Shown here: positions 1 to 7,745 of the stretch, piece by piece
Numbering within the stretch: the stretch's first letter is position 1
How the letters are laid out: every line of letters begins with the position of its first letter
DNA from: Chitinophagaceae bacterium
GTDB taxonomy: Bacteria; Bacteroidota; Bacteroidia; Chitinophagales; Chitinophagaceae
Assembly (NCBI GenBank): GCA_025363355.1
Contig: JANYEB010000037.1
Location: 111,056-175,055 of the forward strand
Direction of reading: 5' to 3'
Length of the DNA: 64,000 nucleotides
Notes under the pieces: generated by a model
What the model saw: the letters and a program-made list of their open reading frames with translations, nothing else
Database searches by the model: none
Told to the model about the DNA's origin: nothing
Program-made: the position numbers and the translations under genes

Positions 1-167
1 CCATTTTTGCCGGCATCTTTAAGTTGTTTATAAGTTGAAAGTTTATTTAAAAAGATAGTGTCAACTTCATTATCTGGTAATAAAGAAGAAACATCACGAG
101 CTGGGTCGTAGTTTTTATAATCTACATTTGAAGTGGAATAATCGGGAAGAAGAACTGCTATTTTCAT
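1..167 (-). CDS. ATP-grasp (D-Ala-D-Ala-ligase-like) protein, 5' part only; the gene runs off the left edge
   Basis: The reverse strand from the ATG at 165-167 reads MKIAVLLPDYSTSNVDYKNYDPARDVSSLLPDNEVDTIFLNKLSTYKQLKDAGKN. This is the same N-terminal pattern as the ATP-grasp at 695-1771. Its ATG overlaps the upstream stop (TAATG). It is absent from the ORF track because the window truncates it. Confidence 0.5.
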   Translation of the reverse strand, partial: MKIAVLLPDYSTSNVDYKNYDPARDVSSLLPDNEVDTIFLNKLSTYKQLKDAGKN

Positions 168-448
168 TACTTGTTTTGGCTGCTGTGTTTAATTCGCACT
201 ATAGAAACTATGTTTTTTGAAAAAGCATAAACAAGAATGTAATGTTTGCCAACTATTGTTTTTCTATATTTAGAATGCTTTGAATTTTTATATCCTTTAT
301 TGGGATTTTTCTCTAATAACTTTTCTTTTTCTTTTAATTCCTTTTCAAAATTTTGTAATACTGCTAATCCCCAATTTTTAATAAGACAATCATAGATCAA
401 CTCAAGTTGCTGAATGGCTTTATTGGAATAGACTACTTGGTTTTCCAT
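167..448 (-). CDS. RelE/ParE-family type II toxin-like protein (93 aa)
   Basis: Small basic protein with the pattern ...KAIQQLELIYDCL...KGYKNSKHSKYRKTIVGKHYILVYAFSKNIVSIVRIKH, typical of Bacteroidota ParE/RelE-fold toxins. It overlaps the upstream small acidic ORF by 16 nt. Confidence 0.6.
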   Translation of the reverse strand: MENQVVYSNKAIQQLELIYDCLIKNWGLAVLQNFEKELKEKEKLLEKNPNKGYKNSKHSKYRKTIVGKHYILVYAFSKNIVSIVRIKHSSQNK

Positions 449-663
449 TGTTCCATCATTTTATGCACTTGATCTTGTGTGTAATAATTTCCAAGTTGCA
501 CTTGTCTATCTGCCTCTATTATTTCATCTTGTTCTTCTTTTGAAAGTTCATCCCACCAATCTTTTTCATTACCACTTAATCTTTCTTTTATTTCATATAA
601 AACAGCTTCTTCCTCACACTTATCAATTAGTTTATGTAATTCTTCTTTAATTGAATAATTCAT
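433..663 (-). CDS. Putative antitoxin / addiction-module partner (76 aa, acidic)
   Basis: Small acidic helical protein (DWWDELSKEEQDEIIEADRQ). It lies directly upstream of the toxin-like ORF and overlaps it, which is the classic antitoxin-toxin order. Confidence 0.5.
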   Translation of the reverse strand: MNYSIKEELHKLIDKCEEEAVLYEIKERLSGNEKDWWDELSKEEQDEIIEADRQVQLGNYYTQDQVHKMMEQWKTK

Positions 664-694
664 TACAAAATATTTTACACCAAATTTATAATTT

Positions 695-1771
695 TTATTT
701 CAAACTATTTTTAATTATCTCTTTCACCAAACTTGTAAAACTTACACCACTATATTTTAAAATTGCACCAATTGATGTATAATCTTCATCTTCACTTAAA
801 CCACATTGTGCATTGGCTTCTAGTACAAACAGTTCATTGGTTTTGCTATTCATTCTAATGTCAACTCTTGTATATCCTTTGCCTTTACAAGCAATGTAAG
901 CATTCAAACTTAGCTGTTTTATAGATTCTATTAAATCCGTTTTTGGCAATTGATATTCGTAAAAATTTTCTTCATTGGGCATTGCAGATTCTTCTTCATA
1001 AATTTCCCAAAGTCTATCAAAAGATAAAAATTTTTCTTCATCAGAAAGAGAAGAATGAAACACTCTTTCTACGGGAGTATAAATATGTAATGAATCACGG
1101 TCATCATAATTTCCAGTAATAAAAACCGTAAACTCTGGCCCTGTTATAAATGCTTCTGCAATGATTCCTCCTGCATCCAAATTCCAGCCACGATAACCTT
1201 CAAACATTTTATTTACTTGCTCTTTAAGTTCATTGATATGATGAACAACATTTGTTTTTCCAACACCCATACTTCCACCACTTACAGCTGGTTTTACAAT
1301 TATTGGCGAGCCAATTTTTTTAAAAATATCATCATCAACATCATTAATAGATTCAATAAACAACCAAGAAGCATTGGGAACATAATGCTCATCAAAAGCT
1401 GTTTTCATATCAGCTTTTGATGTTGTTATATGATAAAAATATTCATCAGCTCCTGTGTATTTTAGCTGAAGTTTATCAAGATATTTTATAACAGAAATAC
1501 CAGGTGCAGCATTTAACTCATCTCCATCGCATAAGTTAAATACTAGTGGCTGTTGACTCTTTGTTTTGCTTTCTTCTACAATTGAATTAATGATTCTTTG
1601 ATAGTTTTCTAATGTTACAGGTTGCCATTGCCAAACAATGTTTAGCTCTTTAAAAACCTTTGTGTACTCTTCTATACTTTGGCTAAAATCGTAGTAATAG
1701 CTAATATTTTCATCGCTACTTTCTACAAATGGTGCAAGCACCCACACTTTTAAATTTGATGGAAAACTCAT
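695..1771 (-). CDS. ATP-grasp domain protein, D-alanine--D-alanine ligase family
   Basis: Motifs seen: FNLCDGDELNAAPGISVIKYLDKLQLKYTGA, IIVKPAVSGGSMGV, and the C-terminal YTRVDIRMNSKTNELFVLEANAQCGL (Mg/ATP-binding loop of the ATP-grasp fold). Its start overlaps the stop of the SET gene (TAATG at 1769-1773). Confidence 0.7.
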   Translation of the reverse strand: MSFPSNLKVWVLAPFVESSDENISYYYDFSQSIEEYTKVFKELNIVWQWQPVTLENYQRIINSIVEESKTKSQQPLVFNLCDGDELNAAPGISVIKYLDKLQLKYTGADEYFYHITTSKADMKTAFDEHYVPNASWLFIESINDVDDDIFKKIGSPIIVKPAVSGGSMGVGKTNVVHHINELKEQVNKMFEGYRGWNLDAGGIIAEAFITGPEFTVFITGNYDDRDSLHIYTPVERVFHSSLSDEEKFLSFDRLWEIYEEESAMPNEENFYEYQLPKTDLIESIKQLSLNAYIACKGKGYTRVDIRMNSKTNELFVLEANAQCGLSEDEDYTSIGAILKYSGVSFTSLVKEIIKNSLK

Positions 1772-2253
1772 TAAATATGTTCAAGCATTTTATTGATAAA
1801 ATCTGTTAGTTGATAATTTTTTAAAATATGGGCTGATATGTATTTTGCTCCTTGTATCGTTTGCAAACAATTATTATTACTACAATTGCATTGAAAGGCT
1901 TGTGCCATATCCCACTCTGTTGATGGATAAAAAAATGTTAGCTCTTCATCAATCATAATATCTTTTATTGCTACCAATTGAAATGTTGTTGTATTGAAAA
2001 ACACATTAGGATTGCAACTATGATTTACATATTGTAAATAACTTGGCTCAAGTGTTATATGTGTGTGTGTATTAACTTGGACTGTTAAATAAGTGGGCTT
2101 TTCAAGTGTTGATGCTGCAGAAAAATGTGCAATTGATTCTCCTTTTTTAAATAGCTTATTACTCTGTAAAGATTTTTGCTGCGAAGTATTATCTATCAAA
2201 ATCGTTGTAGATTTTTGTTCGCTAACAACTGTATATTGTTCTAATGTTTTCAT
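1771..2253 (-). CDS. SET-domain protein (putative lysine methyltransferase)
   Basis: SET hallmarks are present: NHSCNPN, EELTFFY, and a post-SET-like Cys cluster CNCSNNNC. Length is 160 aa. Confidence 0.75.
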   Translation of the reverse strand: MKTLEQYTVVSEQKSTTILIDNTSQQKSLQSNKLFKKGESIAHFSAASTLEKPTYLTVQVNTHTHITLEPSYLQYVNHSCNPNVFFNTTTFQLVAIKDIMIDEELTFFYPSTEWDMAQAFQCNCSNNNCLQTIQGAKYISAHILKNYQLTDFINKMLEHI

Positions 2254-2300
2254 ATCGTTAGTTGAACAAAGAATGATGTGATAGTTTAATTAAAGAGACG

Positions 2301-2915
2301 TTAAATTTTATTGAGTGCTATTTTTTTCTTCCATTCAACAAACCCTGCAATAGCTAGTATTAAAAAAATAATGTATTGAAAACTTGTAAAAACAGCTCCT
2401 TTGTAAAAATACAAAGGAATGGAGGCAGTATTAGTAAGCATCCACCAAATCCAGTTTTCAATTTTCTTTCTTGTCATTTGCCACATACCTGTATATGCAG
2501 TAGCTGATGCAAATGAATCTCCTAAAGGCACTGTGCTTGTTGTATAATGCTTTAAAATTATAAATAGTACTACCCAGCAAATAATGAAAAAGGAAATACT
2601 TATAATCCAATCTTTTTTACTATTCCAACTAATTTCAATTGTTTTGTTGTTTGATTTTTTTGTCCAAACATACCAACCATAAATACTCATTATGGTGTAG
2701 TAAAAATTCAAACTTCCTTCTGCATATAATCCCCACCAACTAAAACAAAACCAAGTGTAAAATATAGTATTAATAATGCCTGTAGGATAAACCAATATAT
2801 TTTCTTTTCTTGAAAACAACACACTTGCAATACCAAAAATCACAGCAACAAATTCAAGCAGTTTTGTTTCTTGAATTCCAGTAATTAGCTTATTAAAAAA
2901 TTCAGCCCCGCTCAT
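2301..2915 (-). CDS. pnuC: Nicotinamide riboside transporter PnuC family
   Basis: 204-aa Trp-rich polytopic membrane protein (WWGLYAEG, YGWYVW, WQMTRKKIENWIWW), typical of PnuC. Confidence 0.7.
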   Translation of the reverse strand: MSGAEFFNKLITGIQETKLLEFVAVIFGIASVLFSRKENILVYPTGIINTIFYTWFCFSWWGLYAEGSLNFYYTIMSIYGWYVWTKKSNNKTIEISWNSKKDWIISISFFIICWVVLFIILKHYTTSTVPLGDSFASATAYTGMWQMTRKKIENWIWWMLTNTASIPLYFYKGAVFTSFQYIIFLILAIAGFVEWKKKIALNKI

Positions 2916-3009
2916 TCAAATTATTTGTTTCAAAAATACAAGGATAACACTTGAATTACATAAGATATTAAAAATGCTAGTATATTCGTTCTCTTAAAAT
3001 TACATTATT

Positions 3010-3420
3010 ATGATACGTACAGCTACAGCCGTTTGGAATGGCACAGGTAAAGAAGGAAACGGACATTTAACAACTCAAAGTACCGTTCTTAATCAAACTC
3101 AATATTCTTTTAATACTCGTTTTGCTGATGGTATTGGAACTAACCCTGAAGAATTAGTTGCAGCAGCCCACGCAGGATGTTTTACAATGAAATTAAGTTT
3201 TGTTTTAAATGCTGCTGGCTTTACTGCTGATAGTTTAGAAACAAAGTGTGAACTAGAGTTTAAAGATGGGGCTATTACAAAGTCTCACCTAATTGTAAGT
3301 GCCAAAATACCTGGAATTGATAACGAAAAATTTCAAGAAAGTGTAAAAGATGCTGAGACTAATTGCCCTATCAGCAAATTACTAAATACTGCTATTTCTT
3401 CTGAAGGCGTTTTATTATAA
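3010..3420 (+). CDS. osmC: OsmC-family peroxiredoxin
   Basis: TNPEELVAAAHAGCFTM and a C-terminal NCPISK place the two conserved Cys residues as in OsmC. Length is 136 aa. Confidence 0.8.
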   Translation: MIRTATAVWNGTGKEGNGHLTTQSTVLNQTQYSFNTRFADGIGTNPEELVAAAHAGCFTMKLSFVLNAAGFTADSLETKCELEFKDGAITKSHLIVSAKIPGIDNEKFQESVKDAETNCPISKLLNTAISSEGVLL

Positions 3421-3427
3421 GGGTTTG

Positions 3428-4363
3428 ATGAAATTGATTACATCTATAAAATTCAGATACTTATTTTTTCTTCTTGTGATATGCATAACAAAAGTGCAGT
3501 CACAAGAGGAAATAGTGTTGTTTACAAGAGGCTTTTTAGACTCTATCAATATTGATGATTTACTTAAATCATCTCAAAAAAAATCTTACTTCAAAATTCA
3601 AGCAAGTTACTTATCTAATTCTGTTTATGGTGGAAGAAAAGATTCTTTAGCATTACCATATTTTACACCTTCAATAGAATACAATCATAAATCTGGTTTT
3701 TATGCTGGTGCTTCATTTGGCTTATTACCTAATGCAAATTTTAAGAACGACTTTTTTAGCATTGATGCTGGTTTTAGTTTTGATACAAGTCATCGTTTCG
3801 GGGCAAGCTTTTTTGCCAATAAATTATTTTACAGTGATAGCAGTAAAAACGTTCAATCTAGTGTTGATTTATCAATTGGAACATCGTTAACATATAATGC
3901 TTCTCTAGTAAATTTTTCTACCGTAATTACAGCAATGTTTGGAAGCAAAACTGATATTGCAGTAAGTTTATCTGCCGACCATTCTTTTAACTTTGAGAGC
4001 GATACAAGTAATTATTCTTTTAGTATTACGCCAACTATCTCTACTTTTTTTGGAACAACAGGAAACTATCAAAGTACAAAATCAAAAAGACGTATCTATG
4101 GTTTTCCACCAGGAACTACGTTTGCCCAAATTTCGCCAAACAAGTTTCAAATGTTATCTTATGAGTTTTCACTGCCGATTTATTACGACAGAGAATCTTG
4201 GGGAGTATTTTTTATTCCAAACTACTCAATTGCTGTAAATCCTGTTATTACCTCAACTAAAATCACTTTACCAAATGGTGGGGTTTTCAATTCAAAACTT
4301 ACTACTACCGAGCAAATTTCTAATACTTTTTTTGCAGAACTAGGCTTTTACTACAGATTTTAA
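3428..4363 (+). CDS. Hypothetical secreted or outer-membrane beta-barrel-like protein
   Basis: Signal peptide (LFFLLVICITKVQSQ), a Ser/Thr/aromatic-rich alternating pattern and a C-terminal aromatic residue (FYYRF). The ATG at 3428 is preferred over the TTG at 3425. Confidence 0.4.
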   Translation: MKLITSIKFRYLFFLLVICITKVQSQEEIVLFTRGFLDSINIDDLLKSSQKKSYFKIQASYLSNSVYGGRKDSLALPYFTPSIEYNHKSGFYAGASFGLLPNANFKNDFFSIDAGFSFDTSHRFGASFFANKLFYSDSSKNVQSSVDLSIGTSLTYNASLVNFSTVITAMFGSKTDIAVSLSADHSFNFESDTSNYSFSITPTISTFFGTTGNYQSTKSKRRIYGFPPGTTFAQISPNKFQMLSYEFSLPIYYDRESWGVFFIPNYSIAVNPVITSTKITLPNGGVFNSKLTTTEQISNTFFAELGFYYRF

Positions 4364-4380
4364 ATTAATAACATCATAAT

Positions 4381-4413
4381 AAAAATAAAAAAGTCTCGCC
4401 TTTTAAGCGAGAC
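4381..4413 (-). terminator. Rho-independent terminator downstream of adk
   Basis: Stem GTCTCGC/GCGAGAC (4393-4413). On the minus strand it is followed by a U-run (A-run at 4381-4392 on the plus strand). Confidence 0.55.
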
Positions 4414-4439
4414 CTTGCAGTTGGTTTTGGTTCTTTCTA

Positions 4440-5018
4440 TTAAGATATGTAGGGATCTATCTCTTTGCATAAAGCTTGAAAAATTTCATCAACAGAACCT
4501 TCTCCTTTTATGCTTCTAACTTTTTCAAATTGTTTATAGTAATCTGCTACAACAGTTGTTTTTTTATGATACTCAACAATTCTTGCTCTTATTACCTCTT
4601 CATTATTATCATCGCTTCTGCCACTTGTTAAACCACGATTTAATAATCTTTTCACTAATTCCTCTTCTCCTACTTCTAAAGATAAAACAACAGCAATTTC
4701 GGTATTCTTAAGCTCTAATAAACCATCCAAAGCTTCGCTCTGAGCTTCTGTTCTTGGAAAACCATCAAATAAAAATCCATTAGCGTTTGGGTTAGCATCT
4801 AGTGCACTACTAATCATTCCAATAACAACTTCATCAGGCACAAGATGTCCCTTGTCCATAATAGCTTTTGCCTCTATGCCTAAAGGTGTTTGAGCTGCAA
4901 TTTCACTTCTTAATATATCTCCAGTGCTCAAATGCTTTAAACCATATTGGGTAATCAACCTTTCGCTTTGTGTGCCCTTTCCGCTTCCTGGAGGACCAAA
5001 CAAAATAATATTCAACAT
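4440..5018 (-). CDS. adk: Adenylate kinase
   Basis: P-loop MLNIILFGPPGSGKGTQ, LSTGDILR and a short LID region. Length is 192 aa. Confidence 0.95.
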   Translation of the reverse strand: MLNIILFGPPGSGKGTQSERLITQYGLKHLSTGDILRSEIAAQTPLGIEAKAIMDKGHLVPDEVVIGMISSALDANPNANGFLFDGFPRTEAQSEALDGLLELKNTEIAVVLSLEVGEEELVKRLLNRGLTSGRSDDNNEEVIRARIVEYHKKTTVVADYYKQFEKVRSIKGEGSVDEIFQALCKEIDPYIS

Positions 5019-5170
5019 TGCTTGCTTAGCTTGTGTGAATTACAAATATAAGGATCGTGTTGAAATGTTAAAATTTTGTTTAATTTTCAATTTGTTGAAA
5101 GATTTGCTAAATCATTCCGTAATACCAAAACTGTAACACACTTTAAAACGTAATTTTAAAAAATAAAGTA

Positions 5171-5728
5171 ATGAAAAAGCTACTATTTATCTTGCCACTA
5201 GTACTTGCATTGTCAAGTTGCAATTCTCAAACAATAAAAACAGAAAAAATGGATACTACATCTAAACCTAACCCTGTTTACAACAGGAAGGATGACAAAA
5301 AAGTTGTTTTGCCCGAGGAAGAATGGAAAAAAATTCTTAGTCCAGAGGTATTTTATGTTGCCAGACAAAAAGGAACTGAGCGACCTTGGACAAGCAAATT
5401 TGAAAAGTCAAAAGAAATTGGCACTTATTATTGTGCAGTTTGTGGCAATGGATTGTTTAAAAGTGATACCAAGTTTGAAAGCGGTTGTGGTTGGCCAAGT
5501 TTTTATGAACCGTTAAATAAAGGAGCAATTATATACACACCAGATAATTCTCACGGAATGAAAAGAACTGAAGTGCAATGTGGCAAATGCAAATCGCATT
5601 TGGGTCACGTTTTTGACGATGGACCACCACCAACAGGATTAAGATTTTGTATTAATGGTGTGGTGCTAGATTTTGAAAAGGCACAAGCAGCAGAGAAAAA
5701 ATATGATGAAAAGGCACCCAATCAATAA
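5171..5728 (+). CDS. msrB: Peptide-methionine (R)-S-oxide reductase MsrB with a lipoprotein signal peptide
   Basis: CAVCGNGLF...GWPSF...RTEVQCGKCKSHLGHVFDDGP (two CxxC pairs and the catalytic region). The N-terminus LVLALSSC is a lipobox. Confidence 0.9.
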   Translation: MKKLLFILPLVLALSSCNSQTIKTEKMDTTSKPNPVYNRKDDKKVVLPEEEWKKILSPEVFYVARQKGTERPWTSKFEKSKEIGTYYCAVCGNGLFKSDTKFESGCGWPSFYEPLNKGAIIYTPDNSHGMKRTEVQCGKCKSHLGHVFDDGPPPTGLRFCINGVVLDFEKAQAAEKKYDEKAPNQ

Positions 5729-5740
5729 TTAAAAACTCAA

Positions 5741-6006
5741 GAAAAATGATTTTGCGATGTCGCTACACAATATTGCGACATTGCAGAATGGTTATTGCTT
5801 ACGCCGAAACAATTTCTATACGTGCCAGAATGGTTCCTAAACGTGCCAGAATCATTCTGTGATGTGTAGGAATCATTTCTACAAGGGAAAAACAGTTGCT
5901 GCAAGTGCCAAAACAGTTGCTAGGGCTGTAGGAATGATTTCTACACGTGCAAGAATTGTTTTAGGATATCGCTACACAATGTAGCGATATCCTAAAATCG
6001 TTTTTC
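5741..6006. repeat. ~265-bp non-coding element bounded by imperfect terminal inverted repeats, copy 1
   Basis: The left end GAAAAATGATTTTGCGATGTCGCTACA matches the reverse complement of the right end, GAAAAACGATTTTAGGATATCGCTACA. There is a sub-terminal palindrome ATCGCTACACAATGTAGCGAT. The centre GTGATGTGTAGGAATCATTTCTACAAGGGAAAAACAGTT is shared with the copy at 24529-24793. The interior is made of ~21-nt degenerate units. Confidence 0.7.
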
Positions 6007-6046
6007 CCAAAGGTGGAATTCATAAGTGTTCGAAACCTTGTTTTTG

Positions 6047-6171
6047 TTTACCAGTATATAGTTCCTACGGAACTCAACCCGCTATTTTACGTTAGGTTCT
6101 ACCAATATTTTGCTCCTAAAGGAGCTTTAGATGGTGTCAAAGAATGCTGTAGGCATATAATATTTGTAGAA
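6047..6171. repeat. Three REP-like hairpin units, two direct and one inverted
   Basis: Unit 1 is TTTACCAGTATATAGTTCCTACGGAACT and unit 2 is TTCTACCAATATTTTGCTCCTAAAGGAGC. Unit 3 is ATGCTGTAGGCATATAATATTTGTAGAA, whose reverse complement is TTCTACAAATATTATATGCCTACAGCAT. Each unit is TTCTAC-A/T-rich followed by a short GC hairpin. Confidence 0.5.
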
Positions 6172-6396
6172 ATTATTAAAAGTAAGTAACAAGTCTCATA
6201 GGGACGATATACAAAATAAGTTTCGAAAACTAATAGCGAAGAATACCAACTGCGAAACAAGAAAAGCGATTGCAACTCAAATTAGATTTTTGAAACACAT
6301 TAGTAGATATGATTAGGACTTATTCCCATTTTTCCCTTTCATAAAACAATATCATTTATTAATCCACATTTCATATTCAGGAGTTCATTAGTCCAC

Positions 6397-6404
6397 TACA
6401 TTTG
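6397..6404 (+). promoter_or_regulatory. Candidate Bacteroidota sigma-A -7 box (TAnnTTTG) for the guanylyltransferase gene
   Basis: TACATTTG ends 20 nt upstream of the ATG at 6425. No clear -33 TTTG was seen. Confidence 0.35.
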
Positions 6405-6424
6405 GTGACTAAAAATCATTTAAA

Positions 6425-7507
6425 ATGAACCCGAATCATTATGTAGCAATTATGGCTGGTGGCATAGGAAGTCGCTTTTGGCCAATGAGTAGAGCTTCTT
6501 ATCCAAAACAATTTCTTGATATTTTAAATAGCGGTAAAACCCTTATTCAATGGACTTTTGACCGTTATGCAGCCTTCATTCCCAAAGAAAATATTTTTGT
6601 TGTAACATCTGAAGAATATACAGATATTGTTGCAACTCAATTGCCATATATGCCTGTTGAAAATATTTTGGCAGAACCAAGCAAAAAAAATACAGCTCCT
6701 TGTGTTGCTTACATTGCTTTCAAATTACTTCAAAAAAACCCTAATGCTTCTCTAGTTGTTGCTCCAAGTGATCATATGATTTTGGATGGAGAAACTTTTA
6801 AAGCTATTACAACAAAGGCTTTAGCTTTTGTAGATACACACAATTCATTTATTACACTAGGTATCAAACCGAACCATCCAAACACTGGATATGGTTACAT
6901 TCAATATGATACAGATGCTGTTGAAGAAAATATTTATAAAGTAAAAACCTTTACAGAAAAGCCAAATCTAGAAATTGCAAAATCGTTTTTAGCTAGTGGC
7001 GATTTTTTATGGAACGCAGGAATTTTTGTTTGGAAAGCACAAGATGTTGTGAATGAATTTGCTGCCCAACAAGCAGAAATGTTTGAGTTGTTTGATAATG
7101 AAAAAGCAAACTTTAACACACCTAAAGAAAAAGAAGCTATTGGAAGAATTTATCCTTTATGTACCAATATTTCTATTGACTTTGCCATAATGGAAAAAGC
7201 AAAAAGTGTTTGTGTAATTCCTTCTTCTTTTGGTTGGAGCGATTTAGGAACTTGGAATAGTGCTTACGATAATTTAGAGAAAGATTACCTAGGCAATGCT
7301 GTTGCAAGTGATAGCACCATTATCATTGATTCTACAAAATGTATGGTTTCAGCACAACCAGGCAAAGTTGTGGTTTTACAAGGCTTGGATGATTTTATTA
7401 TCGTTGACACAAAAGATGCTTTATTGATATGTAAAAAAGATAAAGAGCAGGCAATTAAAGAATATGTTGCAGAAGTAAAACGCAGCAAAGGCGACAAATA
7501 TTTATAA
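6425..7507 (+). CDS. Mannose-1-phosphate guanylyltransferase (nucleotidyltransferase-only form)
   Basis: N-terminal MAGGIGSRFWPMSR, NTAPCVAY and SDHMI motifs. Length is 360 aa. Confidence 0.85.
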   Translation: MNPNHYVAIMAGGIGSRFWPMSRASYPKQFLDILNSGKTLIQWTFDRYAAFIPKENIFVVTSEEYTDIVATQLPYMPVENILAEPSKKNTAPCVAYIAFKLLQKNPNASLVVAPSDHMILDGETFKAITTKALAFVDTHNSFITLGIKPNHPNTGYGYIQYDTDAVEENIYKVKTFTEKPNLEIAKSFLASGDFLWNAGIFVWKAQDVVNEFAAQQAEMFELFDNEKANFNTPKEKEAIGRIYPLCTNISIDFAIMEKAKSVCVIPSSFGWSDLGTWNSAYDNLEKDYLGNAVASDSTIIIDSTKCMVSAQPGKVVVLQGLDDFIIVDTKDALLICKKDKEQAIKEYVAEVKRSKGDKYL

Positions 7508-7521
7508 CACAGATTTCATCA

Positions 7522-7737
7522 ATGAAAAATGTACCACATTGGCAATTGCTACTATTACTATATTTTGTAATGGTAGCAATTCCTGTTTATGGAGTACACG
7601 TTTATATGAAAAAAAAGTTGCTTAATAGAAAATCGCTAAGTAACTTATTGGTCTATTTTGTAGTAGTGATTGGAATTGCTTTTTTGATGAATTTTATATG
7701 TATGAATATCTACTATAGATTCTTTTTTAAAGGCTAA
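7522..7737 (+). CDS. Small hypothetical membrane protein (71 aa, 2 TM)
   Basis: Two hydrophobic helices and tight spacing behind the preceding gene. No recognisable family. Confidence 0.3.
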   Translation: MKNVPHWQLLLLLYFVMVAIPVYGVHVYMKKKLLNRKSLSNLLVYFVVVIGIAFLMNFICMNIYYRFFFKG

Positions 7738-7745
7738 GAGATTAT

